A stretch of 60,000 nt of DNA from Callorhinchus milii (Eukaryota). The translations under genes were made by a program, and so were the position numbers. This document shows, piece by piece, positions 1-13,302 of the stretch (position 1 is its first letter; every line of letters starts with the position of its first letter). Under the pieces are notes generated by a model. It worked only from the letters and a program-made list of their open reading frames with translations. It was not told where the DNA came from and ran no database searches. The stretch covers positions 20,338,001-20,398,000 of the forward strand of contig NW_024704743.1 in the NCBI RefSeq assembly GCF_018977255.1, in the 5' to 3' direction.

Positions 1-2112
1 TATCATCAAAGAGCAGTATCGCTCCACTGCAGGTTGCTTGAATACAAGCTTGCAGCAAAGCAAGACAGACTGCTTTAGGTAGCAATTTACTGTAATTTAC
101 ACTCACAGCAATAAACAGTTTAGTGCATTTTAAAAATTGTCCAGTTCACCAATACCAAGAACACAATTTATCATCAAATTTACATTGATCCTGACTAAAA
201 AATTTAGAAAATTAATGCAATAAAGAGCAGTGTAAAATTACTCCTTACCATATTACCTTGAAGCATTAAATGAGAGTGATTAGAAAATACTTATGTATAA
301 AATAATGTCCTGGAAAATAAATGAAGATTGCATGAGTAAATATTAATCAGATGGAGGAGCCAAGGACTGTATAGTTGATCCTCAAAATGGGCATTGTAAT
401 TCCCCATCAATTGGAGCGTGGGGGTGGGGGGGGGTAGAAGGAAGATGCTGAACAGAGCAACAGCCACTTTGTTAGGCTGACACCCTCTTGTGTAAGTCAA
501 ATCAGACAGCTCAAAAGCAGCATTGGTTGAGGCCTGAAAGCCTGTGCATCATCTTGGTGGAGGGAACGGAGGGAAAGGATTGCAGCAAGCACAAACGCTT
601 TAAGTCAGCAGACAGATGCTCTTCAGGAATGCTTAATTAGGTTCAAATTTTGATTTGCCTTAATGTCCACAAATTGGAACAGAGTTCTTCCAAACAATTA
701 ATCTTAATAGTTAAGTGAGCCGAATTCCAAAATTGCAGTTTGAATAAAGGTATCTGACAGGAAAATGCGGCTTATTTTATGAACCGTGCATACTATGTGT
801 ACATATTTGCAATTAAAGTTGAAGTTGTGTTCAGTAAAAGGAACATCCACATTTTAAAAAAAAATTCAAATCTCAAAATGGACACTGTGAAGAATATGTT
901 TTATATCACATTACTCCACAATTATGCACATGTGATATCTAGTGGCAAATTTAAATTGGTCATTCACTTCATGGGGGTTTGTTGGGCAATCCTGGGCACA
1001 AATTGGCTACCGGATTCACCTACAAACCACACAATGACTACACTTTACAATAAACCCTGTGAAGCTCTTTGATACTTCCTTCTGACCTAAAAGGCACTGT
1101 ACCAAATGCAAGGATTAATATTATTAATTAAAAAAGCCTACATTTGATAAAATCAAACTCTGATTTAGATACTACATCTCAGCCCTGAAATTGTGCCTTA
1201 AAACCATCATCATAAAATATGCAGAATTTCAGAAAATTCTTAAACTCAGTCTGAATTTGGAAACCAGTTTTTTGCCATTTATTCACAAGATGCTTTTAAT
1301 GCTTTCATGATTTATATGTTGTACTGATAGTGGCCTAGGGTTGAATTCTCAGGACAGCACAGACTAGAAACTGCATGTTTAATCCCTGGTCTTTGCTGAG
1401 TTAACTGACTTCAACTAGACTAGAAAGCATATGGGTATAAAATTGGTCTCGGTACCCCTAGGTTATGGATGGGGGGAGGAGAAGGGAAAAAATAACCTGG
1501 TCTGATCGCTATACAGAGACATCCTCTTTCATTGGAAGGTACACTTGGATGTTAGGACTCAATGGTGATAGGAACATTTGGCACCCTCCAATTATATCCT
1601 TCCTCGAATTGGATGCCCAAAACTGAATACAGTACCCCAAAGGAGGTCAGGTTAGCTCTTTACATAACTGAGCAGAACAGTACCCTCTTACATTTATATT
1701 CCATTCCACCTGCCTTATTAACAGTCTTCTACCCCTGCAAAATAGATTGTAATGATGTACAACAAGAACAGCTTGCATTCATATAGTGGGCTTCAAGTAG
1801 AATTACATTTTGTAGCACTGTAATGGTGAGGTAAGATGCTGAGAAAGGGATGGAGGGATGACCATAGGTGCAGTCGAAAAGGTAGTTTTCAGGTGGAATT
1901 TAAAGATAAAGGTGGAGGGATTGAGGCAGGGAGTTCCAGAGATAAGAGACATAGTAGCAGGAGTAGGTTCGGACACTGCAGCTCAGGCTCCCAGTTACTT
2001 ATGGGAAGCACTTTGAGACCTTCTCCCGAAATTAAAGTTGCTGTATAAAATGTAAATTGTTGTTGTTCCTCACACTTTGCAATGTTAATCTACATCTGCT
2101 ATGGTTCTACCT

Positions 2113-2520
2113 TACAACAACAACAAAATTACCTTTGTATAGCGCCTTTGACGTTGGGAGGACATGCCAAGGTGCTGGACAGACAGAGTTGTGGACCCGA
2201 GCTGACCCTGGAGAGGAAGGGGAGGTTGGAGATGGGGCGGTAGTTAGGGAGTAGAGAAGGGTCCAGGGAGTGTATTTTAAGGATAGGAGTGATGACGTTT
2301 TTTAAAGTGGTGGGACAGGGAGACGTTAACGATGTCAGTGAGTAGAGGGGCAAGAAGGTGGAGCTGGGAAGTAAGGAGGGGGGTAGGGATGGGGTCGAGG
2401 GAGCAGGTGGTGGGTTTCCTGCGGGTTATGGTGGTGATGAGAGGAGGGGGAGATGGGTTCAAAGGTGTGGAGGGGGTTGCAGTGGCAGAGGCAGCTGTGT
2501 GGATTCCCTCGATTTTGGAT
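2113..2520 (-). mobile_element. L2 tail juxtaposed to an internal L2 RT fragment
   Basis: (CAA)n tail at 2113-2190; motifs KPTTCSLDPIPT and ITPILK..LDPSLLPNYRPISNLPFLS. Confidence 0.85.
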
Positions 2521-3017
2521 TACCTTAAACTGTATATGTCTTTGTATTTTTCACCCATTCTCTTTTCAATACAATAGCTTAGTATAATCCGCAAATTTAG
2601 ATATAGTCCCCTCAATTCCTGCTTCAGGCAGGACATGTCCTTCAATGCTGAAATAGTTTGACAACATTCGAGGTCAAGGTTCACACAAGATTAATGCCCA
2701 CTTGAAAGAGTGGGCAACTGATATCTGTGGAACTGTTCTTCAACGGAAGTGCTGTGGAAAGTGTGAAGAAAGATAGGTTTATTTTTGGTCAGCCAGGTGC
2801 CTTACACACACAGAAAACCAACACTTTGGTTAACAGTATCCAATCCAGACAATAGTTCTACATTTGCATGGGAATTTCTCTCATCTGGAATGGAGTGTGC
2901 ACCCTTCTTACCTAGTCACGGGAAATACAGTGGAACCCCATTATAACATGGTGGTTGAGATCCATAAAATCCTAAAATTCTATAATGACATGACAGTTTC
3001 ACTCATAGGATCACAGA

Positions 3018-3125
3018 GATAATAATTATAATCCTTGCATTTGATATAGCACCTTATGTATACAAGACATCTCAAAGCGCCTCACAGAATATACTGTAAA
3101 GTGAATTGACTGCATATTTTGTGGG
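3018..3125 (-). mobile_element. SINE 3' tail fragment
   Basis: CCTTGCATTTGATATAGCACC..CTCAAAGCGCCTCACAGAATATACTGTAAAGTGAATTGACTG. Confidence 0.8.
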
Positions 3126-3884
3126 CGATCACAGAGGTGTGAGGTCATATAGCGATTTAGAAGTGAGAGTGAGGATCTTGATAGCAACCCACTGGAAGAT
3201 GGGAAGCCAAAATGGGAAGCTCCAAAGTGGAGCTTGGCAAGGAGTAAGTTCAATGCAGCTAAGGATGGAAAGGGGCAAATTTGGGATGAGGAGGAATGGA
3301 GGCTCATGTGATGTAAAAACACGGACATTAGTTTGGCTGAGTGTCCTGTTTTCTGCATTGTTTAATCAATGTAATTATATGTACAATAAACTCCTGATAA
3401 CAGGACCCGGTCTTAACTTGTCATGACAATCTAAGATGCCATGCCTTCAATATCCCAGCCGCTTCCCATGCAAAATGTTAATAAGGGACTCATTTTACTG
3501 GTCACTCCACTTAACATGTAACTGGTTACAATCTAGGAATCCTTGTAAGTGCTTATTTCAGATAACTCACCCTATAAGATGGTGTCTTGCATCACAGAGG
3601 CCTCCCACCCTATCCTGTGACAAAATAGGGTGGGAGGCCATGGCGCGGCTCTCCAATAGACCAGAGCCTCTGCAAAACATGCACACTCAACCTCTGGTGA
3701 GTGTCCACACGAGTTACAGCACCTCCTTGGAGAACAGGAGGGCCTATGTCTAACTGGTCATTCCAAATAACTAGTCGCTGAGGCCGTTTTCCTTTGAGTG
3801 ACATTATCAGGAGTTTGCTATATTTGTGGACAAACTTAAGTCCCACAAACAGCCATAACATGAATGACGAATTTCAGCTAGAGG

Positions 3885-4075
3885 ATTGTTCGCCGGGTAA
3901 ACTCTCTTCTCTTTCAATTAGTATCACAGGATCTTTAACGTCCACCTGAATTGGCAGACATCCTTGATTTAGTGTTGCATCCAAAGAATGGTACCTTTGA
4001 CAGTACTCCTCCAGCACTGCACTGGAGTGACAACCTAGACTATGAGCTAAAAGTCCCATGAGTTCTATGACCTTC
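3885..4075 (-). mobile_element. Ancient DeuSINE fragment (5' part of Deu domain)
   Basis: Reverse complement contains CACTCCAGTGCAGTGCTG..CAGGTGGACGTTAAAGATCC. Confidence 0.7.
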
Positions 4076-5553
4076 AACCTACATTGGCTCTTTCATGTCA
4101 AAAAAATATACAAAGAGGGGCTGAGAAATAAAACAAAGACTACCTTTTCAATGAATAGTCCACCACAAAATAATTTGATTAACAAACGCTTCAATCCTGT
4201 CCCATGTTTCATACATAGATGGATATTCAAAGCATGGGAATGGAGCATGTAGGGAGGGAGGTGGAAGCTGGAGGAGGAAGCATCCCAGTGGATCTTTTAG
4301 TAACATTGAATTCCATGATCTCCTTGTATTTCGGAGTTAGATGTGAGGGTTTAGGGCAGAAAATGGAGGCAGTGATTGGTGGTGAAGAGTAGCTTAGTGT
4401 TGTCCTTGACGTCCAGAGTGACCTGAGTAGAAAGAGGTTTTCACCTTGGTGAGAGACAGGCAGATATTTTTCTGGTGGTCCAGCTAGATTTAGCAATAGG
4501 CTGCAAGGACGGTTTATTGCTCACTTTAGTGAGCAAATTTGTGAATTCAGGGAGCTGAGGTAGTTGTTGTATTGGCAAAGGTGGGGGGGTGGGGACAGAT
4601 AGGATGGAAGATGGTTCTGAATTCAGTGGGGATAGCAGGCATTGACATTGGTGAAGGTGGAGGAAAGACAGCCGTTAAATAGGTTGATGTCAATATTAAG
4701 GTCGGGGCAGGTGGAAGGCCAAAGGGAAAGAAGTTCAGAAGATGAGAGGGCATTGGAAAGAAAATGAGGGGGGGAGAGTTCTTTCCCCCCATGGGACACC
4801 CTTCCATTGAATGCCCTGGAGATCAGTTACAATAAAGGGAAAAAACTGTTGAAGGAAGAAAGGAGTCAATACCTTCAAGAGAAGGGATAGCACCAGCAAA
4901 GATGCAATTAGCTGAATGTTCTTCTGTACTTCAAAATGTTGTATGATGCTCATATCATCAATAAATAACAAAAATCTAATTTAGAAAAAGCTATTTTACT
5001 GCTTAAATTTTGAGCATTGTATAATAACTGATCAACAAGTTTAAATTTGCAGTTCAACAGTTCATTTTGACAATTTCTGTTAGATATAATTAATCAGGAA
5101 TCATAGTCAGACACTTTTATCAGATTTGCTCAACATTTATAATCTGAAAATAGTTTCAAAATACAGTAGTTTCTCAATCATGCCCTTCTGAATCTAAAAT
5201 CAAAATTCTTCACAATACTAGCTATAACACCAATTTTAGAAAAATCTTAAATTTGTCTAAACTCCACTCTAAATTTGGAAATTAGTTTCCACAGTCCCTT
5301 TGGGTACAAAAAAAGCTTCAAAATTAAGACTGAATTTAAGTATTTTCAAAAATTCTACATGATATTAAAATGTAAGACCATGGTCTTGAGGAAAGAGCAG
5401 GAGAAATGTCAGGCTTCTGATACTTAAAATGTCAGTGCAAGGAACCCAAATTTAATATACAACAGAAATGACAGAATCACTGAAGTACTCCCGGTAAACA
5501 ACCACCATTACTGATGTTAATTCAACAACAGAATGGCACATTTAGACTGTGAA

Positions 5554-5856
5554 GTAATAATAATAAATCTTGCATTTGATATAGAGTCTTATCACGTCTT
5601 CAAGACGTCTCAAAGTGTTTCACAGAATATACTGCAAAATGAATGGACTGCATATTTTGTGGCTCAAATGTGGCAGCCAACTGCACACAGCAGTGTCCCA
5701 CAATCAGTTGTGGATTGAGTGACCATTTTTTTTTGAAGGATTTATTCCCCCCCAGAAAAGCAATCCGCTAATCGACTAACAACCAGGTTACGGTGAACAG
5801 TGGCATTTGGAGTAAGGAAACTTGTCCAGCGTTGCGCCTTGCCGGGAATAGAATCC
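5554..5856 (-). mobile_element. Older SINE copy (long internal segment)
   Basis: (TAA)n tail, GGCAGCCAA..GCACACAGCAGTGTCCCACAA and GGAGTAAGGAAACTTG. Confidence 0.85.
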
Positions 5857-7224
5857 AGGTCTCTCCAGGTCGTCATTGATGTTATCATTGTGGCTGGAAT
5901 CAAAACAATCTATTCTGCTTTGAGCCCATATCAAACTAAGCCTTGAGCTACAATACAGTAGGAAACATGAAAAAGACCACTTGGTAAAGTCAACCAAACA
6001 AAGCTCTTGGTCTCCACTAGCATTACTACTTACAAAGTAGCACAAACTGGGATTTGCACATGCCATGTGAAGTGATCACATTGGGATGCACAAGCATCAT
6101 GTACATGTGCAACTTTAAAAAAAAGCAAACCAGTATTTTTAAAACGACATCATGTAGAAATATGAAGAACACCCCCATCATCAGTGCTTATCCCCGGGCA
6201 GGGTTGGCCAGGCAGGTGTAAATTAAATGCAGTAAATCCTCCCAGCTGGTTGTCCTTTTTCGCAGCTAGTTCCTTCATTTAAAATAATTACGTTCACCAT
6301 TCTTTCTCCCTCAACCCCTCTGCTATCAGAAATAGTTAATAAGAATAAAAATGTTTATGTAACATCGTTTTTTTAAAAATAAGCAAAAGGGTCCTTATGC
6401 TGTGTGCTTTAGCACTGTACATGTTAAAACTGCGTGCCAACTATAAAAAAAAGTTCCTGTAGTCTTTCAAAAGTTTCATCTTTCAAAATTTCTTTTAATT
6501 CCAGATTTTTATTGGACCTTCGAAAACAGTCATTTTACTGGTGAAATCATTAACAAGGAAAATGGCGAATTATAGGATACAATCTTACAAAATACTGACC
6601 TAACTACTGATACGGGTGATTGCGGGTGCCATGAGAGGGATACAAGAACAGTCATCACACTTGCCAGTAATTTTCTGTGAAGCACTTAAAACAGTTTTGA
6701 CCAATAAGGTGTTATAAAAATGCACATTCTTTCTTAGCTGTCCAACGTAGCACTGCCATAGTTATCCAGCAGCAAGTCAAAGCTCCAGGTCCTGTGCTGA
6801 TCAGCCAGTCTCCATTCAGAGAAGCAGCTGTTGTAACAACTGGCCTCACTATTCAAGCAATGAGGGAGGAGACAAACAGTCAGCTAAAGTTTCTGCATCC
6901 AATAACCCATGTCCGGAAAGTGCATGGATTAACTACAGGTGACAACATGATCACGTTCAATTCTGATTTCCTCATAAGCAAATAGCTAGATGCTAATCAT
7001 CGTTTGTGCTCACAAATTAAGGATGGCCCATTGGTTAAGGTATTTGAGCAGTTATAATGAACATCTCCCAGAAAGAGAGTGAAAATTGGCAAAAGTAAAC
7101 AGGGCACTTTCTTTGAAATCCAAAAAATGACTTAACATATCGCATGCCACAAACATGATTACATTGCGTGTCAATCTCCGCAATGACTGCTCAGGGTGCT
7201 GATATTCAGAAAATTTTGAAAGAT

Positions 7225-8090
7225 ACAACTTGCAATTATATAGTGCCTTCACGCAGGTTAGGGTGCCAGAGTGCTGGACAGTTGCAGAGTCTGACAACAA
7301 GCCAGGGGGAAGGGGGGGGGGGGAGGGAGGTGACCATAAGCACGATCAAAAATGAAGGTCTTTAGGCAGGATTTGAAGGTGGAGAGGGAGGCAGAGGGAT
7401 TGAGGGAGAGTTCCAGAATTTTTGGGCGTAGTGGCTGAAGGCACGGCCAACCGATGGTGGAGCGGAGGCAGTGAGCGACAAATAGGAGGCCGGAGCCGGA
7501 TAAGCTGAGACAGCGGGTGATGGAGTGGGGGGTAAGCAGGTTGGATAGGTAAGGAAGTGCGAGAGCATGAAAGCATTTGAAAACGATTGCAGATCTTGAA
7601 ATCAATCTGTTTGGTAATTGGGAGCCAGGCAAGGACTGTTGTGATACAGGGTACAGAGTTTTGTGTGGGAGTATCCAGGCAACGGAGTTTTCAGATTAAT
7701 TGAATTTTGTGTGTGGTGGAGCTAGGGAAACCAGCGAGGAGGCATTGGAATAGTCCAGCCGGGAAGTGACGAAGATGTGGATTTCGGCTGCGTTTGTTGT
7801 GAGGTACAGACGGAGGAGGGCAATGTGGTGGAGGTAGAAAGAAGTGGTCCTGGCCAGAGAATGTGGGGTAGAAAGGAAAGCTGTGGATTGAACCTGATGT
7901 CTAAGTTGCACACGGGTTCGGTGAGTCTGAGAGAAAGCCCAGGGAGGTTGAGTTCAGAAACGCAGGAAAGAAGACATTGATGGAAGCCAAAAAAGTATGG
8001 CTTCCATCTTGCCGACATTCAGGCTGCAGGAAGTTTGCACTCATCCAGGCCATGATGTCCGTCAAATAAGCTGACAGGACTGGGTGTTCG
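7225..8090 (-). mobile_element. L2-clade LINE 3' fragment (older)
   Basis: Frameshifted motifs VCNLDIRFNPQLSF, FVTSRLDYSNA, GRAFSHYAQKFWNS and FKSCLKTFIFD; tail near 7225-7290. Confidence 0.88.
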
Positions 8091-9379
8091 CAGCTGGAGG
8101 AGGAGAAGGCAGAGACAGGAGGAAAAAAGTTTATAATTGGGTTTGGATTATTGCTATGCTGTTTTTTTTCCTTCTTCTGAAAGAATATTTGATTACCAGT
8201 TCGAATACCTCAACTAGCCTTTTCAGACTGAGGGAAAATAAAACAATCTACACATCCTGCTTCTGATAATCACTGTTGGAAAGAGTGCATGTTAGGACAC
8301 TGAGTGAAAACAGGATCGTACTCAACTATGTTGTCTACGTAGTTAAATAATCTGCCAACATTCATTGGGTTTCCGCATGAGTAATAGCCAATTTGGCAAA
8401 ATACAAGGGAGTTGTTAAAACCCCTGGAACCGTATCCCTCCAAGAGCACAGTAAAAGAGTAAATTGGCAAAAATATAGCTATAGAACCATCAGTGTTCTG
8501 ATGTGATTTTGTTCTCTTTGTATTGAGACAGGTAGGAATTTATGTGATTTCAGAACACAAATTACTAGAATAATTAATTATTAGTATTTGGCCCGAGCAG
8601 TGAATTAAGTTATGATCTATTATCCAGTAGCTAGTACAGAGTATAATTATTCAATTGGTGGCAGGTAAAATTAGTAATAATAATGTTCTATTTTTTTACC
8701 TAAGAGTAGACGTCTCGATCTTAATTACTTTATTACTGTAATGCTACTGTGACCAAAACAAAGCCCCCTCAATCAAGTGTAATGGAGTTGGGATTGGAGA
8801 TTTACCAATAGAGCTGCTTTGCAATAGTAAGGAATTCCATATCTTAATTGTCAGGATATTGCAATTTCTTTTAGAACAATTTAGTAACATCTAATCTGGT
8901 ATATCTTACCAGTTTTTTCAGATTTGTGATATATTTGTAAGCAAGGTTAAAAATAACTGGGAGCCAGAAACTTTTTTAAACACAAAATCCATTGAGGAAT
9001 CGTTTATTTACCAAGCTTACGGATGCCCACAATACAAAACATGCACACAAAAACACAGTAACACTACAGAAGACCAGTGCTGTGGGAGAATATTTTGAAA
9101 AATATGACTCCTTACCAAATTTTAAAGTTAAAGGTCATAGTTTGAAGAGGCAAATCTGACAGCAGTCACAAAAAGCAACTCAAAGGCAAAGTACTAGAAA
9201 ACTAAATAAACAGATGAGAAATTGCACATTTCTATGGTCTATTACCAACTTGTTACATAATTTAGGCTTTCAACCTTCTTATTTTAGTGATTATAATACA
9301 TGCACGTTTGACATTACAAGAATTATTGAGGTAATAAAAACCGCAACAAATTGTAAAATTTTAAGAAGACCAACTTTAT

Positions 9380-10315
9380 GCACTTGAGAAGTCTTGTTAG
9401 AGTGAGCCTGGCAGGTTTAAATATGGCTTGGGGAATAGAAGAACTATGGCGTTCCTTCAAGGAGGTAATTCTGAACGCAATGGACCAATGCAAAGCAAAA
9501 GTTACCGAACTCCAAAGGCACTCCCATTTGGTTTGACGGTGCCACTAAGCAACTCATAAAAACAGGAAACAAAGGCACTTAAGGCCACGAAGGAAAATGG
9601 CACAGAATTAAGATGGATTCATTATCAAAGGAATGCCAGGATTGTTAAAAAAAGTCATCAGAATGACAAAGAAATATTTTGAATTGAACATGAGAGATGT
9701 GAAGAATAACAAAACATTTTAGTTACATTAACAGAAAAAGAAAAACGAGGGATGGAATAGGACCACCAAAGGTGGGATCGGGTGAGGACACGACAAACTA
9801 TGCTACATAGGCTGTAAAAGTGGTAAATACGTTTTTTTCCCTCAGATTTTGCTAAGGAGGATACAGGGAACTCATTTGATCTGGAAAGGAAACTCAAAGG
9901 TATAGCAGAGGTAAGTCGTGACACAATTCACATCATTACCAGTATGGTTGCCAAACAGTTTCACAAAACTTAAGATAAATAAATCTCAGAAGCCTGATAA
10001 ATTGCATCCGAGGATCCTCAAGTAAGGGAAGAAGTTGCAGGAACATTGGCATAAATTCCAGAAATCATTGAATACTGGAAAGGTGCCTGGGGCCTGGAAA
10101 AGGGCAGTTGTTACTATTTTTTTTAAAAATGGTAGCAAAAGCGACCAGGGAAACTACAGGCTATTGAATTTGACATCCATTGTGGGTAACATTACAGAGA
10201 TATCATGCAGCATATGAACAGAAATAAAATAAAAAAAGAGAGCCAATATGGGTTCATAAAGGGGTGTTTTTTGCCAATATAATTAACTGGTTTTCTTTGA
10301 TGATGTGACAAAGAA
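9380..10315 (+). mobile_element. Degenerate CR1 LINE ORF2 fragment
   Basis: FQKSLNTGKVPGAWKRAVVTIFFKNGSKSDQGNYRLLNLTSIVG, followed by a QYGFIKG remnant; many stops and frameshifts. Confidence 0.85.
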
Positions 10316-12249
10316 GTTTTTAATATTTTTAAGAAAACTTACAATACCAATTTTGCAAGTTAAGAAATCACATTTTACGTTGGCAGAGCCATCTGAATTC
10401 TGTTTTAAAAAGTTTCTGGGTTATGCGAGGATTAAAAAGGCCCAGAAAGCAGATTTCCCTATGCATTACTGGAATTCAATCAAATAACGTGTAATGAAGA
10501 ATTAATCTATCAGTTTACCCAACAAAAAGTAAAAATGTTGCTGTGAATTTTGATATATGTCAATTGTTTCTTTAAATGTAAAATGAAATCTCTGTTGGAG
10601 CACCAGAAATGTTAGACATAAATATTAACAAACACTGACTGTGACCTGGACTAAGGTCTACAGATCACAAAATACATACAAAGTGGAAAATTAACAAAAG
10701 ATTTACATTGCCAGAAACTGAGGTCTGGGCCTAGGGATTGTAACCATAAAGCAAAGAGCAGAGCCAAACCATAGAGCTCCTAGTAAAAAAAAGATCAAGC
10801 TTGCAAGGCAAAATCTACCAACTAAGCTGCTGCATTACATAAGAATATTTCTTAGAGAACATCTATAACAATTAGAAAGGAACATTAGTGATTAGGAACA
10901 CATATGTGCTATTTCTAAATTATCATCAACTTCTCGAATCGTCGCAATTTAGTTTGGAAACTGCTTTGATCTTTCCAGTTACAAAGATTTTGATACATCT
11001 GTGGAAAATACGTTTCCACACTTTTTTCAGTGGGATTGTAGGAGGATGAAAAAACATAGAAAGTATTATTTGGGAATGCTAGATTTTTCAATCTAGCTCA
11101 GAACCAGAACGTACTTTTAGTAACATTAATGCTAAATGCAGGATATTCTTCACACTCATAAGAATATGCACTAATTAAAAATCAGTGGAACTTTTCAAAC
11201 AATGCCAAAGTGAGACAGCTCCTTTTTGCTCTTCGCAACCTAATCATCAGTGTCATGGTACTCATCAACCAAAGGACATGCAAGCTCCACAGCACTGCCA
11301 TCAAGTGGTTAGTCAGGATGTCACAACTGATATCTTTTGCTCCTGGTATTCCTATAGCTTTCACTTCAAATATGCAACCAATTGCATTGTAAGAAAAAAA
11401 ATTAATTTCCCTCTTTGAAAACAAATTAATAAAAGACAAAGGGAATGAATTAATGACAAAGTAACAGAAAATATATTATATATTATATATATGCCAGAAA
11501 GGTAGACCCATTTAGGTTTAGGTTTGTGTTAAAATCATCATGTTATCACTGTATGATACTAAATATTATAAAGTACATCCCACCCCAGAGAATAAATTGT
11601 ACATTTGTAAACATATCTTATAACATAATTTAAATCCTTCAAACCAATTAATTTGACGTCAATTAACTTGTCTTCCAATTAAATTAATCACTGTAACATG
11701 GTGCACGTATTTCTCATGTGGCCTCCAGACAAGTGGTTTATGCTTCCCATATGCAACTGAAAACTTTTGCAATGCTTTAAATTAAGTAATAATGCATGCA
11801 ACCAAGTGCAATCCAACGTGCATCAGTGTCAATCAAAGATGTATCACTCAACAACCACAATGACATTTTCAAAAAGGGTGATAAAGCTAATGCAGGAAAC
11901 TACAGGCCAGTCATTTTAACGTTGGTTGTGGGCAAGGTATTAGAATCTATAATAAAAGTTGAAGCAAGTAGTCATCTAGAGAACATGAAGGATAATTAAG
12001 AACAGCCAGCATGGATTTACAAAAAGGTCATGCTAGTCCAACTTTATTAAATTCTTTGAAGATGTAACTGATAAAGTGCTGAGGGAAATGCAGTGGACGT
12101 ACTGTATCTGGATTTTCAGGAGGCCTTTGATAAAGTGCCCCGTGATTGGCTTGTGACTAAAATAGGGGGCATGTGAAATCATGGGAGAGGTAGCAGAATG
12201 GATTAAAAATGGTTAGGAAACCTAAAGCAACGTGTAGAAGTTAAGGGTA

Positions 12250-12285
<36 letters not shown>

Positions 12286-12404
12286 CAAAGTACACATATA
12301 CACTGTATATAATTGATTTGGATTCAGGTATAAGAGATGGTGTCAAAATTTGGAGATGACACCAAGCTTGGGTTTGGTGTCATCTGCACTATAAAGAGGA
12401 TAAT

Positions 12405-13050
12405 GATTTCTTCCACCTCTGACGCATCACCCATCTCCGCCAATATCTCACTCCAAAAGCCGCCGAAACCCTGGTCCATGCCTTTATCACCTCTCAGCTA
12501 GACTATTCAAACGCCCTCCTCGCTGGTCTCCCCTCCACTACCATTCATAAAATCCAGGTCATCCAGAACTCTGCCGCCCGCATTCTTACCCGCAACAAAA
12601 TCCGTTCCCCGATTACTCCAGTCCTTGCCAGACTGCACTGGCTGCCTGTCCCAGAGAGGATCGACTTCAAGGTCTCCTCACTCTTGTCTTCAAATCCCTC
12701 CACTCCTCTGCACCCCCTTACCTCTCTGACCTCCTCTCTCCTCACAACAGTGCCCGTTGCCTTCGTTCCACCAGGTCTGGCCTCCTCCTTGTCCCCCGAA
12801 TTCTCCACTCCACCATCGGCGGCCGTGCCTTCAGCCACTATGCCCCAAGGTTCTGGAACTCCCTTCCTCACTCCCTTCGCCTCACTCCCTCTCTTCCTAT
12901 TTTCAGGTCTCTGCTGAAGAACTTTCTTTTCGACCGCGCCTTTGGTTATCTTCCTCTCCCTCCCCTGGCTCGGCCCCGGAATCCGTGACTGTAAAGCGCT
13001 CTGAGACGCCGTCCGGCATGGAGCGCGCTATGTAAATCCAAGTTGTTGTT
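12405..13050 (+). mobile_element. L2-clade LINE 3' fragment (young), inserted into a CR1
   Basis: Encodes AAETLVHAFITSQLDYSNALLAGLP..IQVIQNSAARILT..ITPVLARLHWLPVPERIDFK (L2 ORF2 C-terminus), with a stem-loop 3' tail ending in (GTT)n. Confidence 0.92.
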
Positions 13051-13302
13051 ATAAGAACGATGGAAAGAGTCCAGTGTAGGTTTACGAGGACGATACCACA
13101 CATCGCAGCTTACTGCTTTCAGTATAGACTGGATAGGTTTAGGCCTTTTTTCACTAAAGAATGTTTAAAGGAGGACCTAACAGAAGTTTAAAATTATAAA
13201 ATAATAATACTTGCAAGAATAATACTTTTCACCAGAGGGTAATGAGTTTGGGGAACTCACTGCCTGACGTGGTGGTTGAATCAGACAGTATAGACGCATT
13301 CA

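Noticed and set aside
11182..11439. Overlapping short ORFs; minus-strand QLVAY resembling the DNAJC1 QLVAIY motif
   Set aside because: Similarity ends at once with a stop, there are no suitable splice sites, and no exon 2 was found upstream.
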